Shown here one piece after another: positions 35,329 to 39,034 of a stretch of DNA of 39,034 nucleotides. Source of the DNA: Candidatus Allobutyricicoccus pentlandensis. GTDB lineage: Bacteria > Bacillota > Clostridia > Oscillospirales > QAMX01. The first letter of the stretch is position 1; each line of letters begins with the position of its first letter. A program made the translations under genes and the position numbers. The notes under the pieces were generated by a model, which saw only the letters and a program-made list of their open reading frames with translations, searched no databases and was not told where the DNA came from. The stretch spans positions 1 through 39,034 of the forward strand of contig CAJFPH010000125.1 in the NCBI GenBank assembly GCA_904398645.1, written 5' to 3'.

Positions 35329-35895
35329 ATGTTTCGCAATACCTATACAAAAAGCTTTGTTATTACATTGGCGTTACTACCTGCAATTGTACAGGCGGTG
35401 ATCATGCTGGTAAATGGTAACCTGGGCACGGGCGTTGCTGTGATGGGAGCATTTAGTCTTGTGAGATTTCGTTCGGTACCGGGCAGTGCCAGAGAAATTT
35501 GCAGCCTGTTTCTCGCCATGGCGTTGGGTCTGGCAACTGGAATGGGGTATATTGGAATCGCTGTATTTTTGGCTGTCGTTTTGAATCTTGTACAGGTTTT
35601 GTTGGTGCTATCCAAATTTGGGGAAGGGGTGAGCGAAGAAAAAGAGTTGAAAATTACGATTCCGGAGAGCCTCGACTATACAGGCATTTTTGACGATATC
35701 TTTGTCACACATACCAGACGTGCAGAACTTATGCGGGTAAAGACCAGTAATATGGGTAGTCTTTATGAACTTTGTTACCGCGTCACGCTGAAAAACCGAA
35801 ATACGGAAAAACAGATGATAGACGAAATACGTTGCCGCAACGGAAATCTTACTATCGTATGCGGCAAGGTGCCGGTTAGCAGGGAAGAACTATGA
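35329..35895 (+). pseudogene. DUF4956 family membrane protein, C-terminal ~4/5 (lacks first TM helix)
   Basis: 'MFRNTYTKSFVITLALLPAIVQAVIMLVNGNLGTGVAVMGAFSLVRFRSVPGSAREI..LAMALGLATGMGY' is the conserved DUF4956 core. A stop lies 10 codons upstream in frame. It complements the fragment at 26117-26254. Expression as a truncated protein from ATG 35329 is still possible. Confidence 0.7.
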
Positions 35896-37880
35896 AAACG
35901 ATTCAAATGCAAAATAAATGGTGTTTGGTACTGGCGTGTATGCTGATTTGTCTTGGCGGGTGCAGCACACAGGCTTCTGTGACAGACGTTACATTACAGA
36001 ATTCTGCGGAGCATACCGACACAGCAGCGGAAAATACGGCAGGGACCGGCACAGTAGATTTTACTTCTACCGAAGTGACTTCCGGGGCGATTACAGTCAC
36101 GTATACGGACCGGGAATTGACGGGTGCGTATGATAGTCCGGTTACAGATCTGGAACTGGAAAATGAAGATGTTGTCATTTCATCTGCAGGGACTTATGTT
36201 CTGTCAGGAACGATTTCCGACGGGCAGATTGTTGTGGAAGCGGGGGAGGCCGACAAGGTACAGCTTGTATTAAACGGCGTATCCATTACAAATAGCGACG
36301 GCCCTGCAATTGAAATACGAAGCGCAGATAAAGTGTTTCTGACTTTGGCGGAGGGCAGCGAAAATATGCTGTCCGACGGAGAAGCTTATGTGCTTGCAGA
36401 CGGCGAGGATGAACCAAACGCTTGCGTCTACTCCAAAGCAGATTTATGCATAAATGGCGACGGGAATCTCACGATTTATGGAAATTATAATCATGGTGTG
36501 TATTCAAAAGACGATCTTGTCATTACGGGCGGCACACTTACCGTCAACGCGGTTAATGACGGATTAAAGGGCAAGGACTGTGTAGAAATATGCGGCGGTA
36601 CCTTTACGATTGAAGCAGGCGGCGACGGGATTCAATCCAACCATGCAGAGGATGCCGAGCGCGGCTATGTCTCCATTGACGGCGGTACGTTTGTAATTGT
36701 TGCCGGGTGTGACGGTATTCAGGCGGAAACCTGTTTGCAGGTGACATCCGGATCACTGCTGATTACAACCGGAGGAGGCAGTGCCAACGCCAGTGTGAAA
36801 CAGGATGGCAACTGGGGCTTTTGGGGTTCGCAGATCACTTCTGCGGAGGAAACCGAGAGCGCAAAGGGCCTGAAGGCAGGCGTTGCACTTTATATTGCGG
36901 ACGGAGAGATCTCGCTTGATTCGTCGGATGATGCGCTGCATGCCAATGGGGATATCACGGTTGCCGGGGGTACAATTGAGATCAGTTCCGGCGACGATGG
37001 TGTTCATGCGGATGATGCGCTGGTTGTAACCGGCGGGAGCATGGTCATCAATCAAAGCTATGAAGGAATGGAAGGCAATAGCGTTACTGTCTCCGGTGGT
37101 GAAATAGAAATAATTGCAAGCGATGACGGTATCAACGCTGCAGGCGGCAATGACGGATCTGCCCTGAACGGACGCCCGGGACAGGGATCTTTTGATACTG
37201 ACGCAAGTTCCTATATTCGAATCACAGGCGGTACGATCACAGTACGTGCGGACGGAGACGGAATCGATTCCAATGGCGGATTTTATGTGGAAGGTGGTGC
37301 GCTATTCATCCACGGAACAACAAGCGGAGCAGATGGATTCCTCGATTATGAGTCCGAGGCGGTGATTACGGGCGGTACTGTGATTGCGGCAGGAGGCGCT
37401 GCAATGGCGCAGGCCTTTGGAACCAATTCGACGCAATGCTCCATGCTTCAGACATTTGACACGCAGGTCGCGGCGGGGACAGTTCTGACTGTTTGCGATG
37501 CGGCGGGCGAAGCATTGGTTACATTTACGCCGGAGAATACCTATCAGGCGGTGCTTGTCAGCCTTCCGGAACTGACGCTGGGTGAAACTTATACCATCAC
37601 AGCAGGAGAGCAGAGCGTGGAGGCGACGCTGGAGACTGTCGCGACCGGTTCAAATGATGTGATGCCCGGAGGAAACGGCGGCATGCGTCCGAACGCCGGT
37701 ATGGGCGGTGAAATGCAGGAGGATGTACCTCAAATGCCGGAAGGCGAATTTCAAGATGGCTCTGTGCCGGACGGTACGGCGTCCGGCGTGGCGACTCCTT
37801 CGGAGAACGGGATACCGGAGACAGACGGGAACCCGTCTGATACCGGAATGTCGGAACCGGAGAATCATGCCGATCGATGA
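35892..37880 (+). CDS. Cthe_2159/DUF4353-type beta-helix carbohydrate-binding lipoprotein
   Basis: Lipobox 'LICLGGCS'. Many coils of the form GG(T/E)(I/F)xIxAxxDG(I/V)x. Low-complexity G/M/P/E tail. ATGA overlap with the DUF4956 stop. Confidence 0.78.
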   Translation: MKTIQMQNKWCLVLACMLICLGGCSTQASVTDVTLQNSAEHTDTAAENTAGTGTVDFTSTEVTSGAITVTYTDRELTGAYDSPVTDLELENEDVVISSAGTYVLSGTISDGQIVVEAGEADKVQLVLNGVSITNSDGPAIEIRSADKVFLTLAEGSENMLSDGEAYVLADGEDEPNACVYSKADLCINGDGNLTIYGNYNHGVYSKDDLVITGGTLTVNAVNDGLKGKDCVEICGGTFTIEAGGDGIQSNHAEDAERGYVSIDGGTFVIVAGCDGIQAETCLQVTSGSLLITTGGGSANASVKQDGNWGFWGSQITSAEETESAKGLKAGVALYIADGEISLDSSDDALHANGDITVAGGTIEISSGDDGVHADDALVVTGGSMVINQSYEGMEGNSVTVSGGEIEIIASDDGINAAGGNDGSALNGRPGQGSFDTDASSYIRITGGTITVRADGDGIDSNGGFYVEGGALFIHGTTSGADGFLDYESEAVITGGTVIAAGGAAMAQAFGTNSTQCSMLQTFDTQVAAGTVLTVCDAAGEALVTFTPENTYQAVLVSLPELTLGETYTITAGEQSVEATLETVATGSNDVMPGGNGGMRPNAGMGGEMQEDVPQMPEGEFQDGSVPDGTASGVATPSENGIPETDGNPSDTGMSEPENHADR

Positions 37881-37905
37881 AAAGCCTTCTAAAGTGAACG
37901 AATAC

Positions 37906-37953
37906 GTGGCGTGCGGGCACAAGCCTGTTTGTGTCCGCACGCCACATCTTTTT
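37906..37953 (+). terminator. Intrinsic terminator between convergent genes
   Basis: A 17-bp stem GUGGCGUGCGGGCACAA / UUGUGUCCGCACGCCAC (one G-U pair) with a 6-nt loop, followed by AUCUUUUUG. Confidence 0.8.
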
Positions 37954-37960
37954 GCCCCTG

Positions 37961-38164
37961 CTATTCGATATCCAGTTCCGGGGGAATGTCGAGTTCTTCC
38001 GAGACATATTTGCCGTTTTTCTTTCGTTGCCGGACGCATTCTGTCAAAAGATACTCAATCTGGCCGTTGACGGAACGGAAATCGTCTTCCGCCCAGGCGG
38101 CAATGGCGTTATAAAGTTTGGGAGAAAGTCGGAGAGGGACTTGCTTTTTCTGTTTTTCATTCAT
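37961..38164 (-). CDS. Arc/MetJ-type ribbon-helix-helix protein (often annotated HicB-like antitoxin)
   Basis: '[41 protein letters not shown]' fits an RHH beta-strand plus two helices. ATG 38164 has AGGAAGG upstream and lies 16 nt after the SPFH stop. Confidence 0.7.
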   Translation of the reverse strand: MNEKQKKQVPLRLSPKLYNAIAAWAEDDFRSVNGQIEYLLTECVRQRKKNGKYVSEELDIPPELDIE

Positions 38165-38180
38165 GAGAAAGCCTTCCTGC

Positions 38181-39034
38181 TTAATACAGGCTTCCGGTAT
38201 TGACGATGGGCTGCGCGTCATGGTTACCACACAGGACAACGAGGAGATTCGAGACCATAGCGGCCTTGCGTTCCTCATCAAGCGTCACGACTTGATTTTC
38301 ACTCAGACGCGCAAGCGCCATTTCCACCATGCCGACTGCGCCGTCTACGATCAGCTTACGCGCGTCTACAACAGCTGAAGCCTGCTGACGCTGTAGCATT
38401 GCGGCCGCAATTTCCGTTGCATAGGCCAGGTATGTAATGCGCGCTTCAATGATTTCAATGCCCGCCTCATTTACACGGCGTTGAATTTCATCCCGAATGC
38501 GTCCTGCTACGACTTCGCTGGAACCACGCAGACTGCCGTCGTCTGCAATTCCGTCGCCGGTGGTATCGACGTTTGGCGCAACGTCATAGGGGTACAGGCG
38601 AACGATATTGCGCAGAGCGCTGTCGCATTGCAAAGAGAGAAATTCCTTGTAGTTGTCTACATTGAACACGGCTTTTGCAGTATCGACGATACGCCAGGTG
38701 ACCGCAATGCCAATTTCCACCGGATTGCCCAGACAATCGTTGATTTTTTGCCGGTTGTTATTCAGCGTCATAATTTTCAGAGATATTTTTTTGTTGACAA
38801 GCTCTGTGGAGACGTTGTTTCCGTTTGTAGATACCGGAAGCGTGACTGATCCCACATCGCCGCTTTGATTGAGTTTTGTCTTGGCTGCGGGATTAACTGC
38901 GGTGCAAAAGGGATTGACGAAGTAAAACCCGTCGCCTTTCAGCGTACCGGTGTACTTGCCAAAAAGTGTGAGTACCAGCGCTTCCTGAGGCTTGAGCACT
39001 TTCAAGCCAAGGAAGGGGATCCAGGCCAGACAGA
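38181..39034 (-). CDS. SPFH/Band-7 domain protein (5' end outside the window)
   Basis: '[11 protein letters not shown]..', '[23 protein letters not shown]', '[13 protein letters not shown]', '[18 protein letters not shown]'. The frame stays open to the right edge (..[18 protein letters not shown]), so the TTG at 39005 in the track is not the true start. Confidence 0.82.
   Translation of the reverse strand, partial: CLAWIPFLGLKVLKPQEALVLTLFGKYTGTLKGDGFYFVNPFCTAVNPAAKTKLNQSGDVGSVTLPVSTNGNNVSTELVNKKISLKIMTLNNNRQKINDCLGNPVEIGIAVTWRIVDTAKAVFNVDNYKEFLSLQCDSALRNIVRLYPYDVAPNVDTTGDGIADDGSLRGSSEVVAGRIRDEIQRRVNEAGIEIIEARITYLAYATEIAAAMLQRQQASAVVDARKLIVDGAVGMVEMALARLSENQVVTLDEERKAAMVSNLLVVLCGNHDAQPIVNTGSLY

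Overview
This window is a chromosomal segment of an endospore-forming Firmicute, probably Clostridia. The evidence is a spoIIGA-sigE pair, a ylmC/ymxH-type gene, a type-A RNase P RNA and a G+C content that looks mid-50s % by eye (not computed). It is densely coding. Recognisable core genes are addB-addA, rnpB, a U32 peptidase, an AlaA-type aminotransferase, spoIIGA-sigE, recG, murI and ddl. Carbohydrate genes are a GH127 beta-L-arabinofuranosidase-like gene and a GH8 Rex-type exo-oligoxylanase. Four accessory stretches are worth a second look. (1) A DUF4956 membrane-protein gene is split into two complementary halves about 9.1 kb apart on opposite strands. This looks like a ~9.2-kb inversion (about 26.13-35.32 kb) that broke a VTC -> DUF4956 -> Cthe_2159-type beta-helix lipoprotein operon lying beside an OmpR/HK two-component system. 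The function of that module is unknown. (2) An ECF sigma operon has, in the anti-sigma position, a 1660-aa single-pass membrane protein with an alpha-2-macroglobulin-like ectodomain that has no thioester cysteine. It is translationally coupled to a lipoprotein of the MEMO (AmmeMemoRadiSam B) family. (3) A cytidylate-kinase-like P-loop protein carries a C-terminal ParB/Srx-like domain. (4) A ~470-nt leader driven by a consensus promoter lies upstream of the aminotransferase gene and contains two coupled small ORFs and several GC-rich hairpins. Smaller observations: addBA lies directly behind the rnpB terminator, the ylmC ribosome-binding site is buried in the upstream terminator, an IS5-type transposase remnant sits between murI and recG, and a perfect 16-bp tandem repeat lies upstream of the ECF operon. 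I saw no CRISPR array, tRNA or rRNA. All homology calls come from motif recognition by eye and memory of the families, not from searches.
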